Shown here piece by piece: positions 29,612 to 39,292 of a stretch of 40,603 nt of DNA; within the stretch, counting starts at the first letter, position 1, and every line of letters starts with the position of its first letter. The notes beneath the pieces are model-generated. The model did no database searches. It was given only the letters and a program-made list of their open reading frames with translations, and was not told the DNA's origin. The stretch is taken from positions 1-40,603 of the forward strand of contig DATFEP010000045.1 of NCBI GenBank assembly GCA_035250975.1, written 5' to 3'. This DNA is from Nitrososphaeraceae archaeon. GTDB lineage: Archaea; Thermoproteota; Nitrososphaeria; Nitrososphaerales; Nitrososphaeraceae. A program made the position numbers and the translations under genes.

Positions 29612-29890
29612 TATATTTTCTCACCATTTAAAATATAACTCACACCCCTGTTTTTCTTTTCGAAATTATTTTAACATATTGAATATTGCTAATAACTCGT
29701 TATTAACAAATAAATTTAAACCGCTAAATCTAATAATATTAACAAATTTATTAAACAAATATAGTTTTTATTAATCTTATTTTTTCTTATATTGTGCAAT
29801 AGAAATAGAGGGGGAGACAATCAAAAGCCCACCATTAAACTTTTTATTAACAAAGATCACAAATATTCATTATTAAATTAAGAAATTGTA

Positions 29891-29916
29891 TTTTCAACCC
29901 CTTTATTTCCACTGGA
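29891..29916 (-). promoter_or_regulatory. ORB (origin recognition box) with G-string
   Basis: Minus strand TCCAGTGGAAATAAAGGGGTTGAAAA matches the archaeal ORB consensus. Confidence 0.93.
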
Positions 29917-29950
29917 AAGTTGAATTTATGTTAATTTAGTTAATAGTCAT

Positions 29951-29976
29951 TTTTCAACCCCTTTATTTCCACTGGA
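29951..29976 (-). promoter_or_regulatory. ORB, second exact copy
   Basis: Identical 26-mer 60 bp from the first. Confidence 0.93.
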
Positions 29977-30790
29977 GACTGAAGCAAACAGTATTTTTAT
30001 TTTTTAATAATTAACACATTATTAACAAAAGTAAATTTGAACGTGTTTTTCTTCATAAATAACATATCAAACTTGTTAACTAATTTTCGCAAGGAGATAA
30101 GTCAGTCAGCATGTTGTTATGCTATAAGAGGATTGTTAATTTTTCTCTTTACAGCTATAATGTACTACAATGTGATAGAACAATACTAGCCATAGTACTA
30201 TTTCAGAAGTGTATTGTAAATGACATTCTTTAATAATAGTATTTTACTTTGTCCAACAATAGAAAAAATGGTTTCATTATCATTATAGCATTATTTCGTT
30301 GTTATGTCCGATAGAATAGGTTTTGTTTATATCTACTCATTTTTAGGGATATTTTCCATCATACACTAATTAAAAACCGCATATACATACCAAAAGCTCT
30401 CGCTCTCTATCACCTTACCATAGTTACCGAGATATTTAGAAAGGTTATCGAGTACATACTCTATATTTTTTAGATAAAAACATTGAATGTATGTATCTAT
30501 TCTCAAATTCGTTTTCAAGATAAAATAATAAAATTTTACGTAACGATTGAATGAATCTTATTAAAAGAAATAATTGAAACAAGCATGTTGTCTCTGTCTA
30601 TTGTATTCCTTTATTCATTTAATGGTTTTTTGTAATACAAATAGGATAAATACAGTTTGTAGGATTACATCCTCACACACATTACATTTTGAAATAAAAT
30701 ATGATAGGTTAACACTGCTTTTTGTATGACTTTGATTGATTCATAGAATATTTTATTAAAAATTACTGATAGAACTTGATCTAATTGATA

Positions 30791-30830
30791 GATATAAACA
30801 ACAAAAAATTCATTGATATAAACAACAAAA
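30791..30830. repeat. 16-bp direct repeat, 24-bp period
   Basis: GATATAAACAACAAAA at 30791-30806 and 30815-30830. Confidence 0.85.
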
Positions 30831-31075
30831 CTTATACAAAATTCATAAATAATGATGATAAACCCTTTTTTTCTCTTGCTCTCAACCAATTTCTTAAACA
30901 GAGGTTCCTGTATAAAATCACCAAAAGTAATGCTAACCCATCGCATAAGCACGTAAATATGACCGTCTACTAAAACCGTAATATTGTTTATAGCTATTAG
31001 CTAAACTTATCACTCAATCAGCTAACTATTGTTTATTGACGTAGTAGATTAACTTCAGGATGTCATATGAAAAAT

Positions 31076-31714
31076 TTAATTATTTCTTATCAGAGACTCG
31101 GATTCGTTATTTTTAGCATCACTATGATACTCTTCATGAAGATATTTATTTCCTGCTTCCGTAAGTCTATATCTAAATGGTCTGTTCTTAACATCCCTTT
31201 CAACTAGATTCATTTCATACAATTTTTTCATCACTCTTGATGTGTGCTCTCGGGTTCTACCAATTGCATTCTTTATCTCATTAGATGTCTTTGGTTCATT
31301 GTGCAAAAGTTTCAAAATATACTGAATTGTAGAATTCTGATTTTCAGTAACATCGAATAATTTTTTTGGTCTATGTTGATTATGTGATTTATCGTGATAT
31401 ATCACATTTTGCTTTTTTACACCTTCTATCTTATCGGAATTAAACTGATTCTTTGGAATAGATTGTGATACTAATAATTGGGATTCTATTTTATCAAGTT
31501 TTGTATAAACATCCACAAGTTTGTTATTAAGATAGTCTATCTGATTCTGCTTCCGTGTTTCTAATACCTCCAAAATATCGTAATGATTGAATTCGTCTCT
31601 TTTTTCTTTCTCCATTCTATATTCTTTTTTCTGTGTTCTAACTGAAAGAGAAATAAGGAAACCAATAACGAAAAATATTCCTATGACCAATATTAAAGAG
31701 ACATCATATTCCAA
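31076..31714 (-). CDS. Membrane-anchored winged-helix DNA-binding protein
   Basis: N-terminal TM (LILVIGIFFVIGFLISLSV), coiled coil, linker, C-terminal wHTH (ILKLLHNEPKTSNEIKNAIGRTREHTSRVMKKLYEMNLVER...YRLTEAG). Confidence 0.88.
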   Translation of the reverse strand: MEYDVSLILVIGIFFVIGFLISLSVRTQKKEYRMEKEKRDEFNHYDILEVLETRKQNQIDYLNNKLVDVYTKLDKIESQLLVSQSIPKNQFNSDKIEGVKKQNVIYHDKSHNQHRPKKLFDVTENQNSTIQYILKLLHNEPKTSNEIKNAIGRTREHTSRVMKKLYEMNLVERDVKNRPFRYRLTEAGNKYLHEEYHSDAKNNESESLIRNN

Positions 31715-31881
31715 TTAATGTCACATATATCACACTGTTATATAATGCTAACGTGATTAATATGAAGTGTAGACTTTGCTGTGATATATCTACCACAAAT
31801 GTCATATTGATATTGACTTTTTAATGATTTTGTCAATCACATCAATCACATCAGTTGGTATATTATTGTATGTGATGTGAT
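31383..31881. repeat. Cluster of TGTGAT/ATCACA boxes
   Basis: Exact hexamers at 31383, 31401, 31464, 31729, 31780, 31836, 31845, 31871, 31876; variants at 31393, 31720, 31752; perfect palindrome GTGATATATCAC at 31394-31405. Confidence 0.85.
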
Positions 31882-32185
31882 TCTCGTTATTTTCCGACAA
31901 TGAATTTAGTTGGATAACTATAGATTCAATAACATTCATTGTTTTATTATCGATAATATTTAATGATCTTAATAGCAACACACTGTATAGCAAAGATTCA
32001 ATTTTAGCTCTACATTGTTTGATTTGTCGGTAATATGCTCCTGAACTGATTTTTTTATGGATTTTACCGCCGCTCGATTTATTATAAATTATTGAAATTT
32101 GTCTATTAGTAAATAAGGATTTCTCAATTATTTTATCAAAAAGGTAAAAATTTTTCTTTCTATTACCACCATTAGTACTATACAT
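31802..32185 (-). CDS. Conserved hypothetical protein, possible HTH
   Basis: SLFTNRQISII...KISSGAYYRQIKQCRAKIESLLYS resembles an LTxRQ...ISxxA(F/Y)xxxLxxA HTH; co-oriented upstream of the wHTH gene. Confidence 0.7.
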   Translation of the reverse strand: MYSTNGGNRKKNFYLFDKIIEKSLFTNRQISIIYNKSSGGKIHKKISSGAYYRQIKQCRAKIESLLYSVLLLRSLNIIDNKTMNVIESIVIQLNSLSENNENHITYNNIPTDVIDVIDKIIKKSISI

Positions 32186-32383
32186 ATCTGTATTGTAAAA
32201 GAAACTAGTTATCCATAATAGTATTTCCTATAAAAATATCAAAAATCTCAATTTTATGAATTCTTTTATTTATTCAATACTTTGAATTTACTCATGTTAA
32301 TACTATTTTATCATATTCTAGCACTTTCAAACCGAAAACATATTTTACGTCAGCTAATATCTTTATACGATCCTATTATAATC

Positions 32384-33124
32384 TTGAATAAAATTGAAAA
32401 ATATATTTTAAGTGAAAAGAAAAAAAATGGAACCCTTTGTTTTCCTTTGATCGATTCAGAAAATAATACACTTGATATGCTAACTGTTGCCAAAAAAGCT
32501 GAACAACTAGGTGCTTCAGCTATTCTTGTTGGTGGCTCATCAATTAGTAATCAAATCGAATTATCTGAATTGATATCAAAATTAAAATCGTCAATTAAAA
32601 TTCCTGTGATATTATTTCCTGGTAACATCACAGGAATATCACCAAATGCCGATGCAATATTGTTCATGTCACTTTTGAATTCAGAAAACCCTTATTTTAT
32701 AACTGGGGCACAAGCATTAGGTGCAATTGGGGTCAAAAAATCTGGATTGGAAGCTTTACCAACAGGTTATTTAATCATCGGAGAAGGAACCACTGCATGG
32801 TTCATCGGACAAGCTAAAGGTATTCCATTCAATAAATTAAATCTAGCTGTCATGTACTCACTAGCTGCTCAATATCTTGGTATGAGATTTCTATATCTTG
32901 AAGCAGGTTCAGGTGCTAGTCAGAATGTCTCACCTGAAATGGTATCAGCAGTTAAAAAATACTATGAAGGCACGCTAATAGTAGGAGGTGGTATCCGGAG
33001 TCCAGAAATTGCAAAAAAGATCGCAGATGCTGGTGCTGATATTATTGTAGTTGGAACAATGATTGAAGATGACGATAACTGGGAGAAAAAATTATTCAAA
33101 ATTATTCAAGCAATCACAAAATGA
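32384..33124 (+). CDS. Geranylgeranylglyceryl phosphate (GGGP) synthase
   Basis: LIDSE, ILVGGS, PVILFPG, SLLNS, YLEAGSGA, VGGGIR, GADIIVVGT. TTG at 32384 preferred over 32282 (TTTATA box about 20 nt upstream). Confidence 0.95.
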   Translation: MNKIEKYILSEKKKNGTLCFPLIDSENNTLDMLTVAKKAEQLGASAILVGGSSISNQIELSELISKLKSSIKIPVILFPGNITGISPNADAILFMSLLNSENPYFITGAQALGAIGVKKSGLEALPTGYLIIGEGTTAWFIGQAKGIPFNKLNLAVMYSLAAQYLGMRFLYLEAGSGASQNVSPEMVSAVKKYYEGTLIVGGGIRSPEIAKKIADAGADIIVVGTMIEDDDNWEKKLFKIIQAITK

Positions 33125-36100
33125 ATAATACCTTTTCATTTTTAGATGAAAACTCAATCCATGAATTAAAAAAGTTAAAAAGACCATCATTTTATGAAAG
33201 TTATCATACATCTATTCTAGAATCAGTATATGATATTTATAATATAGCAGGTCAGGCTCGTAATCAAGGAATAGATGTAACAACAACTATAGAATCACAA
33301 ATAGTTTATGATTTAGCAGACAGGGTTGCAAAGATGCACGATATTGATATCACAGAACGATTACGTATCTTATTATCACAAACAACAAAGGAAAAAGCTG
33401 CATTAAAGATTTCAGAAGAAATTGCACTAGGAGAATATAGTACTGACGATCTCAGAACTAGATTGGATAGTGCTGTACGCGTAAGTCTTGCAATTGTTAC
33501 TGAAGCAGTAACAGTTGCACCAATACAAGGAATTTCCAATGTTCAAATTAAAATGAATGCTGATGGTAGTCAATATCTTTCTATATCATTTGCAGGACCT
33601 ATTAGATCAGCAGGTGGTACAGAGGCAGCATTGACGATGCTAATTGCCGATCATGTTAGAAAAGTAGTAGGTCTAGAAAAATATCAAGCGAATTCCTTTG
33701 ATGATGAAACAGGAAGATTTGTAGAAGAATTACGTATATATGAACGTGAAGTTGGCAATTTTCAATTTAAAACATTAGATGAAGATGTCATTAAATGTAT
33801 AGGCAATCTACCAGTTGAATTGGATGGTGTAGATACCGATCCAGTAGAAATAATTGGACATAGAAATATGAAAAGAATAAACACAGATCGAGTACGAGGA
33901 GGAGCGCTCAGAGTAATGAATGATGGTCTGATAGGAAGAAGTAGAAAATTATTAAAATTGATAGATAGTTTAGGATTGGAAGGATGGGATTGGCTAAAAG
34001 ATCTAAAAGGAGCTATACAAAAAGAGGGCGTTACTGAAGATGATACAGTCCACCACAGAATGTCTGAAGTAATAACCGGAAGACCTGTGTTGTCAATGTC
34101 AAAGAAGATTGGCGGCTTTAGATTAAGATATGGCCGTTGTTATAATACTGGTTTTTCAACCATTGGAATTCACCCTGTTATTCCCGTTTTATTAAATTAT
34201 GCAGTAGTTGTTGGAACTCAGATTAAAATTGATACGCCTGGAAAGGCATCTACAATAGCCCTCGTAGATTCATTGGAGCCTCCATTGGTTAAACTAGATG
34301 ATGGAACTGTTACATATGTTTCTACAATAGAACAAGCAATGCAACTCCAAAAAAGAGTAGAAAAAATTTTGTATTTAGGCGATATTCTAATTAGTTATGG
34401 TGACTTTTTAGAAAACAATGCAAAATTACTTCCAGCTTCTTATGTAGAAGAATTATGGGCGTTAGAATTAAAATCCCAATTGAATAAAATCGTTGAAAAT
34501 GAAGATAGTCCTTTTAATAATAAGTTACCTACCAAACAGAGATTAATAGATCTAGCATATAATCCATTTAAAGAAATTCCTACAATAAAAGAGGCATTTC
34601 AACTTAGTAAATCCTTGAAACTTGCTCTTCATCCAAAATATTCATTTTATTGGGAGTCAATATCAATAGATGAGCTTCTACTCTTACAAAAAGAACTTGT
34701 TAATAGATTTAACACTAGTGATATCGGCCAAGCAATTCAACACTTTGAATCACTTGAACTTGATTATCAAGACAAATTAAAGGATATACTTGAACGTTTA
34801 GGTGTAGTTCATTCATTGAAAAATGATGGACAATTGATTGTTCTGAATGATATAAATCAAGTAAATTCTTTATATATACTACTTTATCAGAATAAAAACA
34901 ATAAAGATGTACAACAATTACCAACTAAAATATCAATACATGATTATATATTTGAAATATCTGGGATAACTGTTAAACAAAAATTTGCTTCATCAATTGC
35001 GGTACGAGTAGGACGTCCAGAAAAAGCAGCAGAGAGGAAAATGAAACCTCCAGTTCATGTTTTATTTCCAGTTGGAAATAAAGGAGGAGCCACTAGAGAT
35101 CTTATTAAAGCATCAAAAGAAGAAATTCTCTATACAGAAATTGCAAATCGTTATTGTGATAAATGTAAAAGATCTTCACTTGGCGCTAGATGCAGAATAT
35201 GTTTTTCTGATACGTCAATAAAACCTCTTTGTAAAATTTGTAGAGAACCTATATCTCATTTAACTTCCAAAGACCAGAAAAATTGCAACAATAAATGCAG
35301 TAAATGTGGGGGAGAAGGGAAAACATATTCCCCAATGAAATACCCTCTTAGAAAAATTTTAGAGGAAGCACAAACAAAATTGCAAATTGAAGCTAAACAA
35401 CCATTAAAAGGAGTAAAATTTTTAATGGGTAAAAATAGATCTGCTGAGCCAATTGAAAAAGGGATTTTAAGACAAACATTCAATCTTTATGCCTTCAAAG
35501 ATGGCACAATACGTTATGATGCAACCAACGAACCATTAACTCATATTATTCCTAAATATATATTGAGTAATCCAAAAAAGTTAAAAGAATTAGGATATGT
35601 AAGAGATCATCTTGGCAAAGATCTAAATTCTGAAGATCAGTTGATTGAAATATTTAGTCAAGATGTTGTTATACCATTAGATACTGCAAAACATTTACTT
35701 GATGTATCTAAATATTTAGATAATGAGCTTGTAAAACTATACGGACTCTCTCCATTTTACAATGCATCTTCTATAGATGATTTGATAGGACATTTGATAG
35801 TAGGCTTGGCACCTCATACTTCTGTAGGGATTATTGGGAGAATTATAGGATACACAAATTCGCAAGTATGTTTAGCATCACCTATGTGGCATTCTGCAAA
35901 ACGTAGAGATTGTGATGGAGATGCTGATTCTATCATATTATTAATGGATGTATGTTTGAACTTCTCAAAAGAATTCCTTCCGGATAAGATAGGAGGATTA
36001 ATGGATGCTCCATTATTAATTCAACCAATAGTTTTACCTCATGAAGTCCAAAGACAAGCACTAAATATTGATGTTGTATCAAATTATCCACTACAATTAT

Positions 36101-36675
36101 ACGAAAAATCATTTAAACATAGTAAGGCAGAAAGTCTAGTCAATGAAATAGAAATTATTAAAAACAGAATTGATTCTGAATTACAATTCTATAATTATTC
36201 ATTTACTCACTATACCAATGTATTAACGACTGAGATACAACACAGTGCATATTCTACGTTAACTACAATGAACGAAAAATTGGAAATGCAAATTTCTACT
36301 GCCAAGATAATCAATGCTGTAGATCCAGACGAAGTTGCATCCATGGTTTTAACTACTCATATAATACCAGATATTATGGGGAATATGCGTTCATATTCAT
36401 CACAATCATTTAGATGTACTAGTTGCGGAGAAAAGTATAGAAGAATTCCTTTAATGGGTAAATGTCTAGAATGCGGAAACAATCTAATACAAACTGTAAC
36501 AAGAAATTCTGTTGAAAAATATGTTCATATCGTATTGGATATAAATAAAAGGTTTAAAATGAGCGATTATCTTTCAAGCAGAATAGAATCACTTGTCATA
36601 GAGCTAGGCTATGTTTTCAAAGAAAAAGAAATAGCCAAAAATTCACAATCTTCACTTTTTGACTTCATTGACTAA
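33121..36675 (+). CDS. polC: DNA polymerase D large subunit DP2
   Basis: FAGPIRSAGGT, GGFRLRYGR, RVGRPEKA, FKDGTIRYD, LAPHTS, catalytic KRRDCDGDAD, Zn fingers, C-terminal PIP-like QSSLFDF. No intein apparent. Confidence 0.98.
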   Translation: MNNTFSFLDENSIHELKKLKRPSFYESYHTSILESVYDIYNIAGQARNQGIDVTTTIESQIVYDLADRVAKMHDIDITERLRILLSQTTKEKAALKISEEIALGEYSTDDLRTRLDSAVRVSLAIVTEAVTVAPIQGISNVQIKMNADGSQYLSISFAGPIRSAGGTEAALTMLIADHVRKVVGLEKYQANSFDDETGRFVEELRIYEREVGNFQFKTLDEDVIKCIGNLPVELDGVDTDPVEIIGHRNMKRINTDRVRGGALRVMNDGLIGRSRKLLKLIDSLGLEGWDWLKDLKGAIQKEGVTEDDTVHHRMSEVITGRPVLSMSKKIGGFRLRYGRCYNTGFSTIGIHPVIPVLLNYAVVVGTQIKIDTPGKASTIALVDSLEPPLVKLDDGTVTYVSTIEQAMQLQKRVEKILYLGDILISYGDFLENNAKLLPASYVEELWALELKSQLNKIVENEDSPFNNKLPTKQRLIDLAYNPFKEIPTIKEAFQLSKSLKLALHPKYSFYWESISIDELLLLQKELVNRFNTSDIGQAIQHFESLELDYQDKLKDILERLGVVHSLKNDGQLIVLNDINQVNSLYILLYQNKNNKDVQQLPTKISIHDYIFEISGITVKQKFASSIAVRVGRPEKAAERKMKPPVHVLFPVGNKGGATRDLIKASKEEILYTEIANRYCDKCKRSSLGARCRICFSDTSIKPLCKICREPISHLTSKDQKNCNNKCSKCGGEGKTYSPMKYPLRKILEEAQTKLQIEAKQPLKGVKFLMGKNRSAEPIEKGILRQTFNLYAFKDGTIRYDATNEPLTHIIPKYILSNPKKLKELGYVRDHLGKDLNSEDQLIEIFSQDVVIPLDTAKHLLDVSKYLDNELVKLYGLSPFYNASSIDDLIGHLIVGLAPHTSVGIIGRIIGYTNSQVCLASPMWHSAKRRDCDGDADSIILLMDVCLNFSKEFLPDKIGGLMDAPLLIQPIVLPHEVQRQALNIDVVSNYPLQLYEKSFKHSKAESLVNEIEIIKNRIDSELQFYNYSFTHYTNVLTTEIQHSAYSTLTTMNEKLEMQISTAKIINAVDPDEVASMVLTTHIIPDIMGNMRSYSSQSFRCTSCGEKYRRIPLMGKCLECGNNLIQTVTRNSVEKYVHIVLDINKRFKMSDYLSSRIESLVIELGYVFKEKEIAKNSQSSLFDFID

Positions 36676-36898
36676 TCTAATATTTCAATGAAAATGTTGT
36701 ACTCAAAATAAGCTATTTCTGCAATTAGTAAATAGTAATTTAAGTTAAATATTAAGGAAATACCTAGAATTGTATAAATTTAAAAGATATGTAATAATTG
36801 CTTACAGAATATACAAAACATTTTCATTTTATAATTAATTTATGAAAGTGTATAGTTAGTTTCATCTAGAATAAAAAAAGAAATTTTTTTTAATCTTA

Positions 36899-38221
36899 TT
36901 ATTTTTGTCTTACCAAATTAATATATTTGTATGCATCTAGTTGTCCATCAAAAACATAATGCAATTGTTGATATTGTTTCTTAAATTCAGTAACATCATC
37001 CTTTATGCTAATAGCATCTTCCTTATCGATTACTGCTCTTTTTATAAAAGTAGCAATTTCTATCATTTCACTTTCCTTCATTCCTAACCTTGTGACCTCA
37101 TTAGCTCCAATTCTAACGCCGCTTGGGTGCATGTAGTGTCTTCCTGCCTTAATATCTCCAGGAAGTAATTGTCTATTCAAAATGATATTCGATTTTTCAA
37201 GGTCTTTTTCAATTGTTCCTCCATCTCCATATTTTGAAACATCAACTGCAATTTGATGTGATTGTGTATATCCTTTTTTTTCACCCAAAACTGTAAATCC
37301 AGATTCAACCAGACTTTCAGCCAATTTTTTAGCATTTTTTATGAGCTGTTTAGCATAGTCTTCACCAAATTCGATAAGTTCTGCTAATGCTATCGCCTTA
37401 CCTGCAACATGATGCAAATGATGGCTACTAGTATTTCCTGGAAATATCGATTTTTTAATGATCTCAGAATGTTTTTGTAGTGATACTATTATTCCCCCCT
37501 GAGGTCCCCATAAAGTTTTGTGGGAACTCATTGTCATAGAATCAACGCCTTCTCTTAATGGATCTTGGAACTGGCCACCTGCTATAAGTCCAGCTACATG
37601 AGCTCCATCATAATTTACATACATGTTACGCTCATGCATAAATTCAGATAATTCCTTTACTGGATGAGGAAAAAGAAATAAACTGCCACCAAACATTACC
37701 ATTTTTGGAGACTTTCCATCTTTATCCATATCCAAAATCTTCTTTTTTGTAGCATCAACATCAATAGTCATTTCATCTCTTGAAAATGGAAAATATTCAA
37801 TATTTAATCCACATACATGACCTGCAGTACCATAATGTTCCTTCTTTCCATGAGAAATATGTCCACCATTAGGAATAGACGTTGCTAACATGTAATCACC
37901 AGGATATGTAAATCCAGAATAGATTGCAAGATTTGCTACTACTCCTGAAGTAGCTCTACAATCTGCAAATTCTGCTTTGAATACCTTTCTTGCTAGATCA
38001 TTACAAATAATCTCTACTTGATCTATAAAAATACAACCAGCATACACCCTTTCTCCAGGCCATCCTTCTGCATACCTGTTTCCAAAATCGGATATTATAG
38101 CCTCTCTTACGGCAGTACTGGGAACATTCTCACTAGCAATTAGTGGAATAGAGTTACTAAACCAATCGTGATGACTTTTCATTAATTCAAAGATTTTATC
38201 GTATGATTCTTTTGCAGTCAT
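36899..38221 (-). CDS. glyA: Serine hydroxymethyltransferase
   Basis: LIASEN, YAEGWPGERVYAG, GGHISHG, DGAHVAGLIAGG, PLP lysine SSHKTLWGPQGG, SGVRIG. Confidence 0.97.
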   Translation of the reverse strand: MTAKESYDKIFELMKSHHDWFSNSIPLIASENVPSTAVREAIISDFGNRYAEGWPGERVYAGCIFIDQVEIICNDLARKVFKAEFADCRATSGVVANLAIYSGFTYPGDYMLATSIPNGGHISHGKKEHYGTAGHVCGLNIEYFPFSRDEMTIDVDATKKKILDMDKDGKSPKMVMFGGSLFLFPHPVKELSEFMHERNMYVNYDGAHVAGLIAGGQFQDPLREGVDSMTMSSHKTLWGPQGGIIVSLQKHSEIIKKSIFPGNTSSHHLHHVAGKAIALAELIEFGEDYAKQLIKNAKKLAESLVESGFTVLGEKKGYTQSHQIAVDVSKYGDGGTIEKDLEKSNIILNRQLLPGDIKAGRHYMHPSGVRIGANEVTRLGMKESEMIEIATFIKRAVIDKEDAISIKDDVTEFKKQYQQLHYVFDGQLDAYKYINLVRQK

Positions 38222-39292
38222 TATTATATTCTGTGGATTTCGTTTCCCAATTTAAAAATATTGTATTATAAATACTCAAGAATAGCTCTAACATATAAAT
38301 ATTACAATAAGTTTAGAAATCTTTTATTTCAAAATCGAGTGATAGAACAAAATATGCAATTTAATACTTTGTTACAATATTTGTTATTCAATAAATCTAA
38401 GACTTTTATAATAAGCTTGAACGTTATTTAGATATAGTATTCGTATAACAATTTTAATAATATACTACTGTTGAAGCAAAAAGAGAAAAGTTGTATTTTG
38501 CTTTATTAAATATCTATTCTGTCAAATAGCAAAATTTTAATAGTAAAACCAGAAATTCGAGTCAAATAATGAAATCAATTATAAGCATATATCATATTAT
38601 AACTGTTTATCGAAAAAATTATGATTTTTCATCATTAATATTTTATTCAATTTTTTTGTTCCCATAATCAAAATTCGTAACATTTCCTGAAATATTATAC
38701 AGACTTAGTTTTTAAAAATCATTTATTTTTTAAGAATCATTTATCAATTGGTAATACATCAATTTTTAGTGAAAATTATATCTTATTTCATTTAAACTTG
38801 GTATTTAATACTATATTTTATTTTTATAAAATGTCAATAAAATACATCTATATTTATTACAATAGCTTGTCATTTTATTATATGTTTGTTTACTATAATC
38901 TTTTTCGTTAATCATGACTTTGAAAGCAGTTTTTAATTTAATAACAGACATATAATTATTGTTTTGTTTTTAAACCAATTTAAAATAAATTCTCTATTTT
39001 GATAAAAAAACTTTTGATAACTTAAAATCAATATTATCCAATATATGAATCAAAATTTTCTAATATCCTGTAATAATACTAAGATTTTTTCCATTTTCTT
39101 TTTTTATTATCGTATTAGATATGATCAAATAAATTGTATTTACAATTTTAACTCAAACGATTTAAAAACCTGAATATATAAAACACAATTTTCATAAAAT
39201 GATTTATTAAATTTCTATATTCTATAGATTTCTGATAAAAACTATTAATATCCATGTATCAAACAGTTCAACTATTAAGATTATAATAATGT

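Larger units (their letters stand above)
29640..30030. other. Chromosomal replication origin oriC
   Basis: Non-coding DNA directly upstream of cdc6 with two exact ORBs, two degenerate ORBs (29644-29663 minus, 29795-29814 plus) and an AT-rich gap between the inverted ORBs. Confidence 0.9.

Noticed and set aside
29891-29976. CRISPR mini-array (26-bp repeat, 34-bp spacer)
   Set aside because: Only two copies, they match the ORB consensus beside cdc6, and no cas genes are present.
29589-30973. ORFs 29589-29774, 30665-30952 and 30785-30973
   Set aside because: They lie in the origin region, two overlap each other, and the IDINNK repeat merely reflects the 24-bp DNA duplication.
6454-35483. Short ORFs nested in or antisense to well-supported genes (e.g. 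6454-6726, 7967-8194, 8515-8700, 8774-9004, 11487-11702, 16723-16944, 19368-19646, 19687-19881, 20996-21356, 23125-23319, 25389-25598, 29289-29507, 33306-33539, 34715-34924, 35256-35483)
   Set aside because: Shadow frames without independent evidence.
33121-36675. Intein in DP2
   Set aside because: Length is normal and no splice-junction or LAGLIDADG motifs are evident.
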